A DNA stretch of 64,000 nucleotides, from the NCBI GenBank assembly GCA_965247385.1, contig CBDFHG010000005.1, forward strand, positions 58,764-122,763, written 5' to 3'. The DNA is from Thermohalobaculum sp. Lineage in GTDB: Bacteria; Pseudomonadota; Alphaproteobacteria; Rhodobacterales; Rhodobacteraceae. Below are positions 34,862 through 45,609 of this stretch, piece by piece. Under the pieces are notes generated by a model that saw nothing but the letters and a program-made list of their open reading frames with translations, was not told where the DNA came from and searched no databases. How positions within the stretch are numbered: the first letter of the stretch is position 1; each line of letters begins with the position of its first letter. The position numbers were made by a program, and so were the translations under genes.

Positions 34862-36271
34862 ATGAGCGCGCCGAAGACACTGTATGACAAAATCTGGGAT
34901 GCCCACGTGGCCGACCAGTCCGGGGACGGCACCTGCCTGCTCTATGTCGACCGCCATCTGGTCCACGAGGTCACCAGCCCGCAGGCCTTCGAGGGCCTGC
35001 GCATGACCGGCCGCACGGTCCGCGCGCCGGGCGCGACGCTGGCGGTGCCGGACCACAATGTTGCGACCACCCTCGATCGCAACGAGGGCATCAAGGATGA
35101 GCAAAGCCGGATCCAGGTCGAGACGCTCCGCAAGAATGCCGCTGACTTCAACATCGAGATTTTCGACGTCGACGACCCGCGCCAGGGCATCGTCCACATC
35201 ATTGGCCCCGAGCAGGGCCTGACCCAGCCCGGCATGACCATCGTCTGCGGCGACAGCCACACCGCCACCCACGGCGCTTTCGGCGCGTTGGCTCATGGTA
35301 TCGGCACATCGGAAGTCGAGCATGTGCTGGCAACCCAGACGCTGATCCAGAAGAAATCGAAGAACATGAAGGTCGAGATCACCGGCACCCTGGGGCCCGG
35401 TGTGACCGCCAAGGACATCACGCTGTCAATTATCGGCGAGACCGGCACCGCGGGCGGCACCGGCCACGTCATCGAGTATTGCGGCGAGGCGATTCGCAAC
35501 CTCTCGGTGGAAGGCCGGATGACGGTCTGCAACATGGCCATCGAGGGCGGCGCGCGGGCCGGTCTGGTGGCCCCGGACGAGAAGACCTTCGAATATCTGA
35601 AGGGCCGCCCCAAGGCGCCGAAGGGCGCGCAGTGGGAGATCGCGCTGGCCTGTTGGCGGACGCTGTTCACCGATGAAGGTGCCCATTTCGACAAGGTGGT
35701 CACGCTGAAGGGCGAGAACATCGCCCCGGTGGTGACTTGGGGCACCAGCCCGGAGGACGTGTTGCCGATCACCGCAGCCGTGCCGGACCCGGCCGATTTC
35801 GCCGATCCGGGCAAGCAGGCGGCGGCGCAGCGTTCGCTCGACTACATGGGGCTGACGCCGGGCACGCCGCTGTCGGAAGTTGCCGTCGATACGGTCTTCA
35901 TCGGCTCCTGCACCAACGGTCGGATCGAGGATCTGCGCGAGGTGGCGAAGATCGTAGAGGGCAAAACGGTCAAAGACGGGTTGCGCGCCATGATCGTGCC
36001 CGGCTCGGGTCTGGTGCGCGCTCAGGCCGAGGAGGAGGGCATTGCCGACATCCTGATCGCGGCGGGTTTCGACTGGCGGCTGGCGGGGTGCTCGATGTGC
36101 CTTGGCATGAACCCGGACCAGTTGGCCCCTGGCGAGCGTTGTGCCTCGACCTCGAACCGCAATTTCGAGGGGCGACAGGGCCGTGGCGGACGCACCCACC
36201 TGGTCAGCCCGGCAATGGCCGCTGCGGCCGCGCTGACAGGGCGGTTGACCGATGTACGCGAACTGATCTGA
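34862..36271 (+). CDS. leuC: 3-isopropylmalate dehydratase large subunit
   Basis: [15 protein letters not shown]...[15 protein letters not shown]...[12 protein letters not shown]...[12 protein letters not shown] are the aconitase-family LeuC motifs. Confidence 0.95.
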   Translation: MSAPKTLYDKIWDAHVADQSGDGTCLLYVDRHLVHEVTSPQAFEGLRMTGRTVRAPGATLAVPDHNVATTLDRNEGIKDEQSRIQVETLRKNAADFNIEIFDVDDPRQGIVHIIGPEQGLTQPGMTIVCGDSHTATHGAFGALAHGIGTSEVEHVLATQTLIQKKSKNMKVEITGTLGPGVTAKDITLSIIGETGTAGGTGHVIEYCGEAIRNLSVEGRMTVCNMAIEGGARAGLVAPDEKTFEYLKGRPKAPKGAQWEIALACWRTLFTDEGAHFDKVVTLKGENIAPVVTWGTSPEDVLPITAAVPDPADFADPGKQAAAQRSLDYMGLTPGTPLSEVAVDTVFIGSCTNGRIEDLREVAKIVEGKTVKDGLRAMIVPGSGLVRAQAEEEGIADILIAAGFDWRLAGCSMCLGMNPDQLAPGERCASTSNRNFEGRQGRGGRTHLVSPAMAAAAALTGRLTDVRELI

Positions 36272-36290
36272 ACCTTCAGCACCGTTCGAG

Positions 36291-36397
36291 GCTAGAGCAT
36301 GATCCATGATCTCCGATTCATGGATCATGCTCTAGCTCATTGAATTGCCGCGGTTTCCGAGTCGCAAAGTGAACTCACTTTGCTTGAAATCGCTCTA
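36291..36397 (-). repeat. Structured intergenic repeat, copy B, with an added perfect 19-bp-stem palindrome
   Basis: gctagagcatgatccatga-tctccgat-tcatggatcatgctctagc (36291-36336) is followed by the inverse complement of copy A (36337-36397). It lies 20 bp after the leuC stop. Confidence 0.7.
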
Positions 36398-36462
36398 ATG
36401 GAGAGGCGGCCCGTGGGCCGCCTCGAGTCTTTTGCTTGGCGCCAATTCCCGCTGGATTCACG

Positions 36463-37938
36463 CTATTCCCGCGCCGCGATTTCCCGCCCCGCATCCACAA
36501 CCGCATCAACCAGAATGACCAGGTCCGCAAATGTTGTCCGGTGGTTGGTGATGTTGACCCGGATCGCGAGTTCGCCTTTCAGGGTTGTGGTCGAGGGAGC
36601 TGCGATGCCGCGCTCCTGCAGGTCCATAACGATCTCGCCATTGATCGCATTCAAATCGTCGCTCGTCCTGCCGGGCGCGACGAAGCGGAAGCAGACAATG
36701 TTGAGCGAGACAGGTGCGGCCAACTCCAGCTCCGGATGGGCCTCGACCTCTGCCGCCAGATAGGTGGCCTGGTTGCAGTTGTCTTCGACCTTCTCGGCAA
36801 TGCGGCGAATGCCATGCTCCTTGAGCGCGAACCAGATTTTCAAGGCACGGAAGCCCCGCGACAGCTCCGGCCCGTATTCGCATGGCCAGGGGTTGCCGGC
36901 GGCAAGGCCGCGCGGGGCCGCGGTCAGGTATTCGCGCCTCAGCGTGAAGGCTTCGCGGTGCAGATCCTCACGGCGCACCAAAACAAACCCGGCATCGTAC
37001 TGAACATGCATCCATTTGTGGAAGTCGAAGGCAATCGAGTCGGCGCGCTCGATCCCCTTGAGACGCGGGCGCAGCTTTTCGCTTAGGGCCGCAACCGCGC
37101 CGAAGGCGCCGTCGATATGGAACCAAAGGTCGAACTCGGCGCAGATATCGGCGATCGTGTCGAGATCATCCACCGCCGCCGTGTTGACCGTTGCTGCTGC
37201 CCCGACCACACAGAACGGGCGATTTCCGGTCTCGATATCGTCGAGGATCGCCCGGCGCAACGCATCCGTATCCATCCGGAATTCATCGTCGACCGGAATC
37301 ACCCGCAACGCATCCTGTCCGACCCCCATATAGTCAAAGGTCCGGGCGATACAGCTATGGGCTTCGGACGAGGTATAACCGACCAGCTTGTGATCGCCCG
37401 GTTGGACGCCCTTGTGGCGGACATCATAGCCCGCCTTGTCGTAGCGCGCCGTGGTCAGCGCTATGAGCGTCGCCATCGAGGTGCCGCTCACCACTAGCCC
37501 GCTGGCGCTGTCGGGAAAGCCGAACAGCTTGCGGCACCAGTCGGTGACCTGGCGCTCGACATAGATCGCACCGTGATCGCGCCCGCCAAGATTGGCGTTC
37601 ATCGCCGCGGCGAGGCTGTCGGCGATGATCGCGCCAGGCGTGCCCGCGCCATGGACCCAGCCGAAGAACCGCGGATGGGTGTTGCCGGTCGCGTAGGGCA
37701 GCACCAGGTTGACGAAATCGTCGCAAACTTTCTCGGTGCCTTGCGGCACCATTGGCGGCGCTTCGGCGAGGGCCTTTTTCACATCGTCGGGCACCGGGGT
37801 CCAGACCGGCCGGTCGCGATAGCCTTCGGCGTGATCGAGCGCGACATCCAGCATGCGGTGGGCGAGAGCGCGAAACCCGGGCCAGTCGGCAGGATCAAGC
37901 GAGCCTGTCTCGGCGGCGCGGTGCGGTTCGTTCGTCAT
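36463..37938 (-). CDS. Group II PLP-dependent amino-acid decarboxylase (491 aa)
   Basis: NTHPRFFGWVHG, SSEAHSCI and the PLP lysine motif DSIAFDFHKWMHV are present. The start was chosen at MTNEPHR (37938). Confidence 0.88.
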   Translation of the reverse strand: MTNEPHRAAETGSLDPADWPGFRALAHRMLDVALDHAEGYRDRPVWTPVPDDVKKALAEAPPMVPQGTEKVCDDFVNLVLPYATGNTHPRFFGWVHGAGTPGAIIADSLAAAMNANLGGRDHGAIYVERQVTDWCRKLFGFPDSASGLVVSGTSMATLIALTTARYDKAGYDVRHKGVQPGDHKLVGYTSSEAHSCIARTFDYMGVGQDALRVIPVDDEFRMDTDALRRAILDDIETGNRPFCVVGAAATVNTAAVDDLDTIADICAEFDLWFHIDGAFGAVAALSEKLRPRLKGIERADSIAFDFHKWMHVQYDAGFVLVRREDLHREAFTLRREYLTAAPRGLAAGNPWPCEYGPELSRGFRALKIWFALKEHGIRRIAEKVEDNCNQATYLAAEVEAHPELELAAPVSLNIVCFRFVAPGRTSDDLNAINGEIVMDLQERGIAAPSTTTLKGELAIRVNITNHRTTFADLVILVDAVVDAGREIAARE

Positions 37939-38127
37939 CTGCGACTCCCTTGCAACCGGTTGAGTTTCTGTGGGGCATTGTTGCGGGCAGACTGGCACCA
38001 CATCTGGCGCTTTTTTTGACGCCCGTTCACGTCGGCATATCTTTCATCCGATTGATGCGGCATGTCATCTGAAAAGCATGGTGATGTGGAGACACTGGAG
38101 AGTCGGCACCCTGTCGCCGGAGCGCCC

Positions 38128-39339
38128 TCACGCCATCTCCACCTGCAGCCGCCCCCGAACCATCACGAACACTCCCGAACCCATCAAACACCACAGCGCA
38201 AAGCCCCAGGTCTGGTCCGGGAACATGATTCCGGCATCGATCAGCATCCCCGTCACCCCCGGCCCCAGTGCTGTCGCGAACACCATCGCCGAGGTCGCCA
38301 GCGCCTTGATCGCGCCGAGGTTCCGGGTGCCGTACAGGGTGGGCCAGAGTGCGCCCAGAAGGGCAATAGAGCCGCCCTGGGTCAGCCCGATCAGCGCCAT
38401 CATCATATACCACGACCCGACACTGTCGCCGGGGGCGATGATGATGATTCCCGCCGCCATCGGCAGCAGGTAGAACGGCAGCAGGTTGACCGGCCCGATC
38501 CGGTCCACCAGCCAGCCACAGGTCATCGACGAGATCACCGTCAACGCGGCATAGGCCGGGTAGCCCAGGGTCATGATCGCCAGATCCCAGTCTTTCACAT
38601 CGCTGACATGGACCTGGTGGAAGAACGCCGAAGTGCCGATGAAGTTCGGCGCCAGGATGCCCGGCATTAGAGCCCAGAACAGCCAGTGTGACAGCACCTC
38701 GCGGCGGCGCCAGTGCCGCCCGTCCATGCCCGCACTGAGATCGACCTCGGCCACGCCTTTCGGGCGGCGGCTCTCGTTCAGCAGCCACATCGACAGCGGC
38801 ACGAAGACCAGCAACAGCACCCCGGCCGCTATTCCCCAGCTGGCGCGCCAGCCGATCCAGGCGATCAGCGCCACCACCATGGCGGGCAAAACCGCCTCGC
38901 CCAGCGAAGAGCCAAGCCCGGCCACCGCCACCGCCCTCCCGCGATGGGCCTGGAACCAGCGGCCCATGGCGGTCATCGCGATATGGCCGACCATTCCCTG
39001 GCCGCAAAACCGCAATCCGGCGATCAGCACGACCAGCAAGAGCACGGAACTGTTGAGCGCCATACCCGCCGCCACCACGACGTAAAGCGCCAGCACCAGC
39101 AGCGTCAGGCGCCTCAGCGGCACGGTATCGGCCAGTCCGCCGGCCTGGATCAGCACCGCGGCGGAGGTCAGGGTCGCCACCGTATAGATGCTGCCCCAGC
39201 CGCCGTCGGTCAGCCCATAGACTGCCTTGATATGCCCCGCGAACAGCGAAATGAAAAACGTCTGCCCGAAGGACGAGCAGAGCGTCAGCATCAGCCCCGC
39301 CGCCAGCCAGCGGGCATTGTCGCGGTAGAACCGGCCCAT
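38128..39339 (-). CDS. MFS transporter (403 aa)
   Basis: The hydrophobic pattern suggests 12 TM helices, with an MFS-like loop motif (GGLADTVPLRR). Confidence 0.85.
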   Translation of the reverse strand: MGRFYRDNARWLAAGLMLTLCSSFGQTFFISLFAGHIKAVYGLTDGGWGSIYTVATLTSAAVLIQAGGLADTVPLRRLTLLVLALYVVVAAGMALNSSVLLLVVLIAGLRFCGQGMVGHIAMTAMGRWFQAHRGRAVAVAGLGSSLGEAVLPAMVVALIAWIGWRASWGIAAGVLLLVFVPLSMWLLNESRRPKGVAEVDLSAGMDGRHWRRREVLSHWLFWALMPGILAPNFIGTSAFFHQVHVSDVKDWDLAIMTLGYPAYAALTVISSMTCGWLVDRIGPVNLLPFYLLPMAAGIIIIAPGDSVGSWYMMMALIGLTQGGSIALLGALWPTLYGTRNLGAIKALATSAMVFATALGPGVTGMLIDAGIMFPDQTWGFALWCLMGSGVFVMVRGRLQVEMA

Positions 39340-39464
39340 CGGCCCGGTCTAGGACATCGCCGCGCCGCGCGCCAGCGTCATCGGCGGCCCGTTTCCGGGC
39401 CTCGCGGCTTCATCTGGTTTCCGGCGTTGCGATCAGTGATGGTCGAGTGTGTTCAGCAACAGGA

Positions 39465-39755
39465 TCACGCCCAATGCGACCCCGCCCAGGATACAAGGCG
39501 CGGCATTGTTTCCGCCCCCGTGCCCGTGATGACTCCGGTTGCGATGGTAGTGTTGCCGGCCATAGCGGCTATAGCGGTCACCGCGATAATCCCCGCGATA
39601 ATCCTTCGCCGGTCGCCGGAGCTGTGGCCGACCTCGATCACGTCGGCTCCGGCGAACACGCTAGCTGCCTTGTCCGTCGCCGGGGCCGCGAATGCAGCCG
39701 GAGCGGCGAGAGCGATTGCGGTTCCGATCAACGCCGCGGCTACGATCCGTTTCAT
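39465..39755 (-). CDS. Small exported/membrane protein of unknown function (96 aa); the reading frame of the distal half is uncertain
   Basis: It has a signal peptide, MKRIVAAALIGTAIALAAPAAFA. An overlapping frame downstream encodes a DYRGDYRGDRYSRYGRQHYHRNRSHHGHGGG tract plus a TM anchor (see findings). Confidence 0.45.
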   Translation of the reverse strand: MKRIVAAALIGTAIALAAPAAFAAPATDKAASVFAGADVIEVGHSSGDRRRIIAGIIAVTAIAAMAGNTTIATGVITGTGAETMPRLVSWAGSHWA

Positions 39756-39910
39756 CGTGACGCCGTTTCCTGCCGTTTCAATCGAATCTTCAACGGATGG
39801 CAGCGCGGCTTCCGGCGCATGGAATGTGGCGCTCTCGCAAGGGTGAGCGCTTGCGCGGGCGCGCGGCGCGTGCTTTACCGGGGCCGATATTTCTCAAGGA
39901 GCGCGGAGCC

Positions 39911-40531
39911 ATGGAAAAATTCACTACGCTCACCGCCGTCGCGGCGCCGCTGCCGATGATCAATGTCGATACCGACATGATCATCCCGAAGCAGTTCCTG
40001 AAGACGATCAAGCGTTCGGGCCTGGGCAAGAACCTGTTCGACGAGATGCGCTATCTCGACGACGGCAGCGAGAACCCGGACTTCGTGCTGAACAAACCTG
40101 CCTACCGCAGCGCGCAGATTCTGGTCGGTGGCGAGAATTTCGGCTGCGGTTCCAGCCGCGAGCACGCCCCTTGGGCGATCGTGGATTTCGGTATCCGCTG
40201 CATCGTCGCGCCGTCGTTCGCCGACATCTTCTACAACAACTGCTTCAAGAACGGCATCCTGCCCATCGTTCTGCCGCCGCAGGATGTGGACAAGCTGATG
40301 GACGACGCCGCGCGCGGCGCTAACGCCATCGTCACCGTCGACCTGGAGAGCCAGACCATCACCGGGCCGGATGGCGGCGAGATCGGCTTCGAAGTCGATT
40401 CGTTCAAGAAGCATTGCCTGTTGAACGGCCTCGACGAGATCGGCCTGACGTTCGAGAAGGAGCAGGCAATTACTGATTTTGAGGCCCGGCACCGCGCCGC
40501 CATGCCGTGGCTGGACACCGCAAACGGGTGA
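39911..40531 (+). CDS. leuD: 3-isopropylmalate dehydratase small subunit
   Basis: [33 protein letters not shown]...[16 protein letters not shown] are the LeuD motifs. Confidence 0.95.
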   Translation: MEKFTTLTAVAAPLPMINVDTDMIIPKQFLKTIKRSGLGKNLFDEMRYLDDGSENPDFVLNKPAYRSAQILVGGENFGCGSSREHAPWAIVDFGIRCIVAPSFADIFYNNCFKNGILPIVLPPQDVDKLMDDAARGANAIVTVDLESQTITGPDGGEIGFEVDSFKKHCLLNGLDEIGLTFEKEQAITDFEARHRAAMPWLDTANG

Positions 40532-41703
40532 GAACGCTCCGGGCGCTGCTCCTCGGCCTGACTCTTGCGGGTTGGGCCGACGGGCCGGTGGATGCCGTCG
40601 AGCCATGGTTGGATCGGGTGCCCGACACAATCCGCATCGCCACCTTCAATGCCGGGCTCGTGCGCAAGGGCGCGGGCGTGCTGGTCCACGAGATGGATGC
40701 CGGCAGTGCCCAAATCGATGCTGTGGCCGAGATCATCCTGCGGGTGCGACCCGATATCCTGATTCTCAACAAGTTTGACCGCGACCCGGCACCCCGTGCA
40801 GTGACCGGCTTTGCCGAGTGGTTGCGGGCGGGGATTGCCGGTTTGGAGGGGCTGGATTACCCGTTTCTCTATCAGGGGCCGGTCAGTACCGGACTGCCCT
40901 CGGGTCATGACCTGGATGGCGACGGTAACCAGCGTGGCCCGCGCGACGCATTCGGCTATGGCCACTTTCCGGGGCAGTACGGGATGGCGCTGCTCAGCCG
41001 GTTTCCCATCGACTATGACCGATTGCGCGGCTTTCGGCGTCTCCTCCGAACCATGATACCGGGTGCGGACCGGCCGGTGAATGCGGACGGGACGCCCTGT
41101 CACCCAGACCGGATATGGCGCGCTCTGCGGCTCAGTTCGGTCAGCCAGTGGGATGTGGTCCTGCATGTGCTCGCCAGCCATCCGGCGCCGCCGGTGCTCG
41201 ACGGACCGGAGGATTTTAACGGACGGCGCAATGGCGATGAGATCCGCTTGACCCTGAGCCTGATCGATGGTGCGGCATGGTTGCGCGACGATAGGGGGCA
41301 GGGCGGTGGGTTGCGGACGGGCGATCTGAACGCCGACCCCTTCGACGGCGAGGCCCGGCGCGAGGCGATCGGTGCGCTTCTGAGTCACCCCCGGGTGCAG
41401 GATCCGAAGCCGGCAAGCGCAGGCGGGGCGGAGGCGGCGCTGTTAGGCGGAGCCAATGCCGGGGTGCTCGGCCGCCCGGGGCAGGACACCGCCGATTGGC
41501 GCGACGTTCCCGGCCCAGGCAACATGCGGGTGGATTACGTGCTGCCCTTGATCGGGCTGCAGATCACCGGTTCGGGTGTCTTCTGGCCCGAGGCGGACAG
41601 CCCGCTGGCCCGCCTGATCGCCAAGGATCCGACGGGTGGCCGCAGGCCCGCCAGTTCGGATCATCGAACGGTGTGGGTGGATATCGTCGTAAAGAGCGAG
41701 TGA
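40528..41703 (+). CDS. Secreted endonuclease/exonuclease/phosphatase (EEP) family protein
   Basis: The GTGA start overlaps the leuD stop. It has a signal-like N-terminus ([17 protein letters not shown]), plus IATFNAG...[10 protein letters not shown]...GDLNADP...SDHRTVWVD, the EEP catalytic motifs. Confidence 0.8.
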   Translation: MRTLRALLLGLTLAGWADGPVDAVEPWLDRVPDTIRIATFNAGLVRKGAGVLVHEMDAGSAQIDAVAEIILRVRPDILILNKFDRDPAPRAVTGFAEWLRAGIAGLEGLDYPFLYQGPVSTGLPSGHDLDGDGNQRGPRDAFGYGHFPGQYGMALLSRFPIDYDRLRGFRRLLRTMIPGADRPVNADGTPCHPDRIWRALRLSSVSQWDVVLHVLASHPAPPVLDGPEDFNGRRNGDEIRLTLSLIDGAAWLRDDRGQGGGLRTGDLNADPFDGEARREAIGALLSHPRVQDPKPASAGGAEAALLGGANAGVLGRPGQDTADWRDVPGPGNMRVDYVLPLIGLQITGSGVFWPEADSPLARLIAKDPTGGRRPASSDHRTVWVDIVVKSE

Positions 41704-41705
41704 AG

Positions 41706-42464
41706 TCAGCGCGACCCGCAAACCGGACAGCCCGGCCGCTTCGCCAGCTTGATTGTCCGCGTCTCCGCCTGCAGCGCGTCATACAGCATCAGCCGCCCGT
41801 CGAGGCTGGCGCCTGTCTGAGTGATCAGCTTCACCGCCTCGACCGCCTGCATGGCGCCGACCACCCCGGCCATGGCGCCCAGAACGCCTGCCTCGGCGCA
41901 GGCGGGAACCAGTCCCGCCGCCGGGGGTTCCGGGAAGATGCACTCGTAGCAGGGGCCGCCAAGCCAGGGCTGGAAGACACTGATCTGCGCCTCCCAGCGG
42001 CCGATGGCGGCGAAGACCAGCAGTTTATGCAGCCGCGCCGCTGCCCGGTTGACCAGATAACGGGTGGCGAAATTGTCCGAGCCGTCGAGCACCATGTCGT
42101 AGTCGCCGATGATCTGCTCGGCGTTTGCCTCGGTCAGCCGCACCGCATGAGGTACAAAGCTCACATTAGGGTTGATCCGCGCCACCGCGCGGCCGGCGCT
42201 CTCGACCTTCGGTTGATCGATCTCGCCGGTTGCGTGCAGTACCTGGCGCTGGAGGTTCGACAGCGACACCGTGTCGTCATCAACCACGCCTAGCGTGCCC
42301 ACACCGGCTGCCGCCAGATAAAGGATCGCGGGCGAGCCCAGCCCGCCAGCGCCGATCACCAGAACCCGCGCCGCCTTCAGCTTCTGCTGCCCCGGCCCGC
42401 CGATCTCGTGCAAGACGATGTGCCGGGCGTAGCGTTCCAGTTCATCGGCTGAGAATGCCATCAC
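41706..42464 (-). CDS. HesA/MoeB/ThiF-family adenylyltransferase (E1-like), 252 aa
   Basis: RYARHIVLHEIGGPGQQKLKAARVLVIGAGGLGSP...SLSNLQRQVLH and two CxxC pairs (CYEC, CPVC) are present. There is no rhodanese domain. Confidence 0.85.
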   Translation of the reverse strand: MMAFSADELERYARHIVLHEIGGPGQQKLKAARVLVIGAGGLGSPAILYLAAAGVGTLGVVDDDTVSLSNLQRQVLHATGEIDQPKVESAGRAVARINPNVSFVPHAVRLTEANAEQIIGDYDMVLDGSDNFATRYLVNRAAARLHKLLVFAAIGRWEAQISVFQPWLGGPCYECIFPEPPAAGLVPACAEAGVLGAMAGVVGAMQAVEAVKLITQTGASLDGRLMLYDALQAETRTIKLAKRPGCPVCGSR

Positions 42465-43414
42465 ACACCATCAAATAGCGCGGTTGAGAGATATCGCTCG
42501 GCGAAGTCCGGCAGGATGGCGACGATGCGCTTGCCCGCCATGGCCTTGCGTTCGGCGATCTCGACCGATGCGGCGACCGCCGCGCCCGACGATATGCCGC
42601 CCGGAATGCCCTCGATCCGGGCCAGTTGCCGGGCCATCTCGAACGAGGTCTCGTTGCCGATGGTCAGCACCTCGTCGATCAGGCTGGTGTCCATGATCAC
42701 CGGGATGAAGTCCGCGCCGATGCCCTGGATCTTGTGCGGGCCGGGGTCGCCGCCGGACAGCACCGCGCTGTCCTCGGGCTCGACCGCGACGATGTGGATA
42801 TCAGGTTTGCGCGCGCGCAAAACCTGGCCGACCCCGGTGATCGTGCCCCCGGTGCCGACCCCGGCGACGAAGACATCGATATCGCCGCCGGTGTCGACCC
42901 AGATCTCCTCGGCGGTGGTCTCGATATGGACCTGCGGGTTGGCTGGGTTCTCGAATTGCTGCGGGATCACCGCGCCATCGATCTCTGAAGCCAGCTTCTC
43001 GGCCAGCCTGATCGCGCCGTCGATGCGTTCCTCCGCCGGGGTCAGTTCCAGTCGTGCGCCCAGCAGCCCCAACATCTTGCGCCGCTCGACCGACATCGAG
43101 TCCGGCATGCAGAGGATCACTTTGTAGCCCCGCGCAGCACCAGCAAAGGCCAGCGCAATGCCGGTATTTCCCGAGGTCGGTTCGATGATGGTCGATCCCG
43201 GAACCAGGTGGCCCGCCGCCTCCAGCGCGTCGATCATCGCGACGCCGATGCGGTCCTTGACGCTGGCAGCGGGGTTGAAGTACTCCAGCTTGCCGCAAAT
43301 CTCCGCCGCCACTCCCATCGCCGCCTGTAGCCGCGACAGGCGCACCAGCGGCGTCGCGCCGATGGTCTCGGAGATGTTGCCGTAGATACGTCCGCGCGGA
43401 TGAGCGGTGTACAT
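42461..43414 (-). CDS. cysK: Cysteine synthase A (O-acetylserine sulfhydrylase)
   Basis: It has the PLP lysine motif NPAASVKDRIG, plus TSGNTGIALAF and GVGTGGTITG. Confidence 0.92.
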   Translation of the reverse strand: MYTAHPRGRIYGNISETIGATPLVRLSRLQAAMGVAAEICGKLEYFNPAASVKDRIGVAMIDALEAAGHLVPGSTIIEPTSGNTGIALAFAGAARGYKVILCMPDSMSVERRKMLGLLGARLELTPAEERIDGAIRLAEKLASEIDGAVIPQQFENPANPQVHIETTAEEIWVDTGGDIDVFVAGVGTGGTITGVGQVLRARKPDIHIVAVEPEDSAVLSGGDPGPHKIQGIGADFIPVIMDTSLIDEVLTIGNETSFEMARQLARIEGIPGGISSGAAVAASVEIAERKAMAGKRIVAILPDFAERYLSTALFDGV

Positions 43415-43450
43415 GTCGCGACCCCCCCGGCCGAACCCCGGCCGAAATCG

Positions 43451-43903
43451 TCAAATGTTGAAGTCCGGTTTCAGCCTGGTACCGTGGGCGATGTCCAGTT
43501 TGCGAGCGCGGCGGCAGAGGTCCTCCATGGTGATCTCGTCCAGCCTCGACAGGATCGCGTCCTGTGTCTCGGCCCATAGTGGTGCGACGACCTTGTCGCC
43601 CAGTTCCGCCTTGCTGATCGGCTCGCTGTCGGCCTCGGCGGCGAGGCGGTCGATGATGCGGACCACATCGCCCACTGTGATGCGGCGGCGCTCGCGGGCC
43701 AGCGTGTAACCACCCTTCGGTCCACGCACCCCCTTGAGGACACTTTGATGGACAAGCTGCTGCATGACCTGTTCCAGATAACGCTGCGGGATGCCCTGGC
43801 GCGCGGTGATGTCCTTGGACTGGACCGGATCGGGGCGGGCGTTATAGGCCACGTCCAGCACCGCTTCCAACGCCAGCATCGTCTTGCGCGACAGTCTCAG
43901 CAT
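43451..43903 (-). CDS. Rrf2-family transcriptional regulator
   Basis: MLRLSRKTMLALEAVLDVAY...SKDITARQGIPQRYLEQVMQQL...GVRGPKGGYTLAR is the Rrf2 winged-helix signature. No three-Cys cluster motif is visible. Confidence 0.88.
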   Translation of the reverse strand: MLRLSRKTMLALEAVLDVAYNARPDPVQSKDITARQGIPQRYLEQVMQQLVHQSVLKGVRGPKGGYTLARERRRITVGDVVRIIDRLAAEADSEPISKAELGDKVVAPLWAETQDAILSRLDEITMEDLCRRARKLDIAHGTRLKPDFNI

Positions 43904-43927
43904 TCACTCCCTCCCTGCGTCATTTTT

Positions 43928-44398
43928 TCAGCCAACCCCAGTGGAGCCGAATCCCCCGGTGCCGCGTTCGGTTCCGGGCAGCGAGCCCACCCGGACCACC
44001 GGCATCTGGACCACCGGCGCGATCACCATCTGGGCGATGCGCTCGCCATGGCAGATCGTGAAGGTCTCGGCGCCGAGGTTGATTAGCAGCACCATCACCT
44101 CGCCCCGGTAATCGCAATCAATGGTGCCGGGGCTGTTGGTGAGCGTAATGCCGTGGCGCGCGGCAAGGCCCGAGCGCGGGCGCATCTGCCCTTCGAAGCC
44201 GGGTGGGATCGCCATTGCCAGCCCGGTTGGCACCATCACCCGGCCTTGACTCGGCAGTTTGATGCCCGGTGCACGGTCGTCGGGTTGGAGTGAGGCGCGC
44301 AAATCCATCCCCGCAGCGCCTGTGCTTTCGTAGGCTGGCAGCGGCAGCGCCGGATCGAAGTGGCCGAGCGGCATCACCGCGATCTCGGGCGCGCTCAC
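43928..44398 (-). CDS. dut: dUTP diphosphatase
   Basis: AAGMDLRA...PRSGLA...[13 protein letters not shown]...GSTG are the dUTPase motifs. Confidence 0.92.
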   Translation of the reverse strand: MSAPEIAVMPLGHFDPALPLPAYESTGAAGMDLRASLQPDDRAPGIKLPSQGRVMVPTGLAMAIPPGFEGQMRPRSGLAARHGITLTNSPGTIDCDYRGEVMVLLINLGAETFTICHGERIAQMVIAPVVQMPVVRVGSLPGTERGTGGFGSTGVG

Positions 44399-45609
44399 GC
44401 TACCCCCTCCGTGTCGAGCACATCGGCGATCCGCTGGGCCAGCCTCCGGGCGACCTCTGTCTTCGAGTTACGCGGCCAATCCTCGGCTCCTTCGTTCGTC
44501 ACCAGCGTCACAGCGTTCTCGGAGCCACCCATGATGCCGGTTTCGGGCCTGACATCATTGGCGACGATCCAGTCACAGCCCTTGCGGGCGCGCTTGGCGG
44601 TGGCGTTGGCGATCACGTCATCGGTTTCGGCGGCGAACCCAACCACCAGCGCCGGGCGCTTTGCGGGGGGGAGTTGCGACACCGTTTTCAGGATATCGGG
44701 GTTTTCGGTCATCTCCAGCAGTGGGCAATCGCCCGAACCGTCCTTCTTGATCTTCGAACCGGAGGCGTTGACCACTCGCCAGTCGGAAACCGCGGCAGCG
44801 AAAACCGCACCGTCGGCGGGTAAGGCGTCTTGCACCGCTGCCAACATTTCGACGGCCGATTCGATCTGCACGATCTGTGGGCCCACTGGCAGGGGGGCCG
44901 TGGCCGGACCAGTGACCATGACCACCTCGGCTCCCAATTCATGCAATGCCGCCGCGATTGCCGAGCCTTGCGTTCCGGAGGAACGGTTGGCGATGTAGCG
45001 CACCGGATCGATCGGCTCATGGGTCGGGCCGGAAGTGACGATGACGCGCCGCCCCGCCAGCCGCCCGGAGCGACCCAGCCGTGCCTTGATGGCAGCGAAA
45101 ATCTCCGCCGGTTCCGCCATCCGCCCCGGCCCGTACTCGCCGCAGGCCATGTCACCCTCGTTCGGGCCGACGACGGCGATGCCATCGGCGGCGAGCGTCG
45201 CGCGGTTGCGTCGGGTCGCCGCATGGCCCCACATCCGCACATTCATCGCCGGGGCGATCAGGACGGGCGTGTCGGTCGCCATCAACAGGGTCGATGCCAG
45301 GTCATCGGCGTGCCCGCTGGCCATCTTGGCCATCAGATCGGCGGTCGCCGGGGCCACCACCACCAGATCGGCAACCCGGCTGAGTTGGATATGGCCCATC
45401 TCGGCTTCATCGGTCAGGTCGAAGAGGTGGTCATAGGCCTTCTCGCCCGCCAGCGAGGCGACCGACAACGGCGTCACGAACTCCGTCGCCGCACGGGTCA
45501 GCACTGGCGTCACCGCGCCGCCCGCCTTGCGAATCAGCCGGATCAGCTCCAGGCACTTGTAGGCAGCGATGCCGCCGCCGATGATCAACAGTATCCGTTT
45601 CCCCTGCAC
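44395..45609 (-). CDS. coaBC: Bifunctional phosphopantothenoylcysteine decarboxylase / phosphopantothenate--cysteine ligase
   Basis: It has GGIAAYK and PAMNVRMW (the flavoprotein half), plus [21 protein letters not shown] (the ligase half). Confidence 0.95.
   Translation of the reverse strand: MQGKRILLIIGGGIAAYKCLELIRLIRKAGGAVTPVLTRAATEFVTPLSVASLAGEKAYDHLFDLTDEAEMGHIQLSRVADLVVVAPATADLMAKMASGHADDLASTLLMATDTPVLIAPAMNVRMWGHAATRRNRATLAADGIAVVGPNEGDMACGEYGPGRMAEPAEIFAAIKARLGRSGRLAGRRVIVTSGPTHEPIDPVRYIANRSSGTQGSAIAAALHELGAEVVMVTGPATAPLPVGPQIVQIESAVEMLAAVQDALPADGAVFAAAVSDWRVVNASGSKIKKDGSGDCPLLEMTENPDILKTVSQLPPAKRPALVVGFAAETDDVIANATAKRARKGCDWIVANDVRPETGIMGGSENAVTLVTNEGAEDWPRNSKTEVARRLAQRIADVLDTEGVA

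Noticed and set aside
38027-39846. Several long ORFs overlapping the MFS gene on both strands
   Set aside because: Only the 38128-39339 minus frame gives a 12-TM hydrophobic profile. The others are Arg/Pro/Gly-rich shadows.
40231-41388. 385-aa minus-strand ORF
   Set aside because: It is antisense to leuD and the EEP gene, and its composition is low-complexity.
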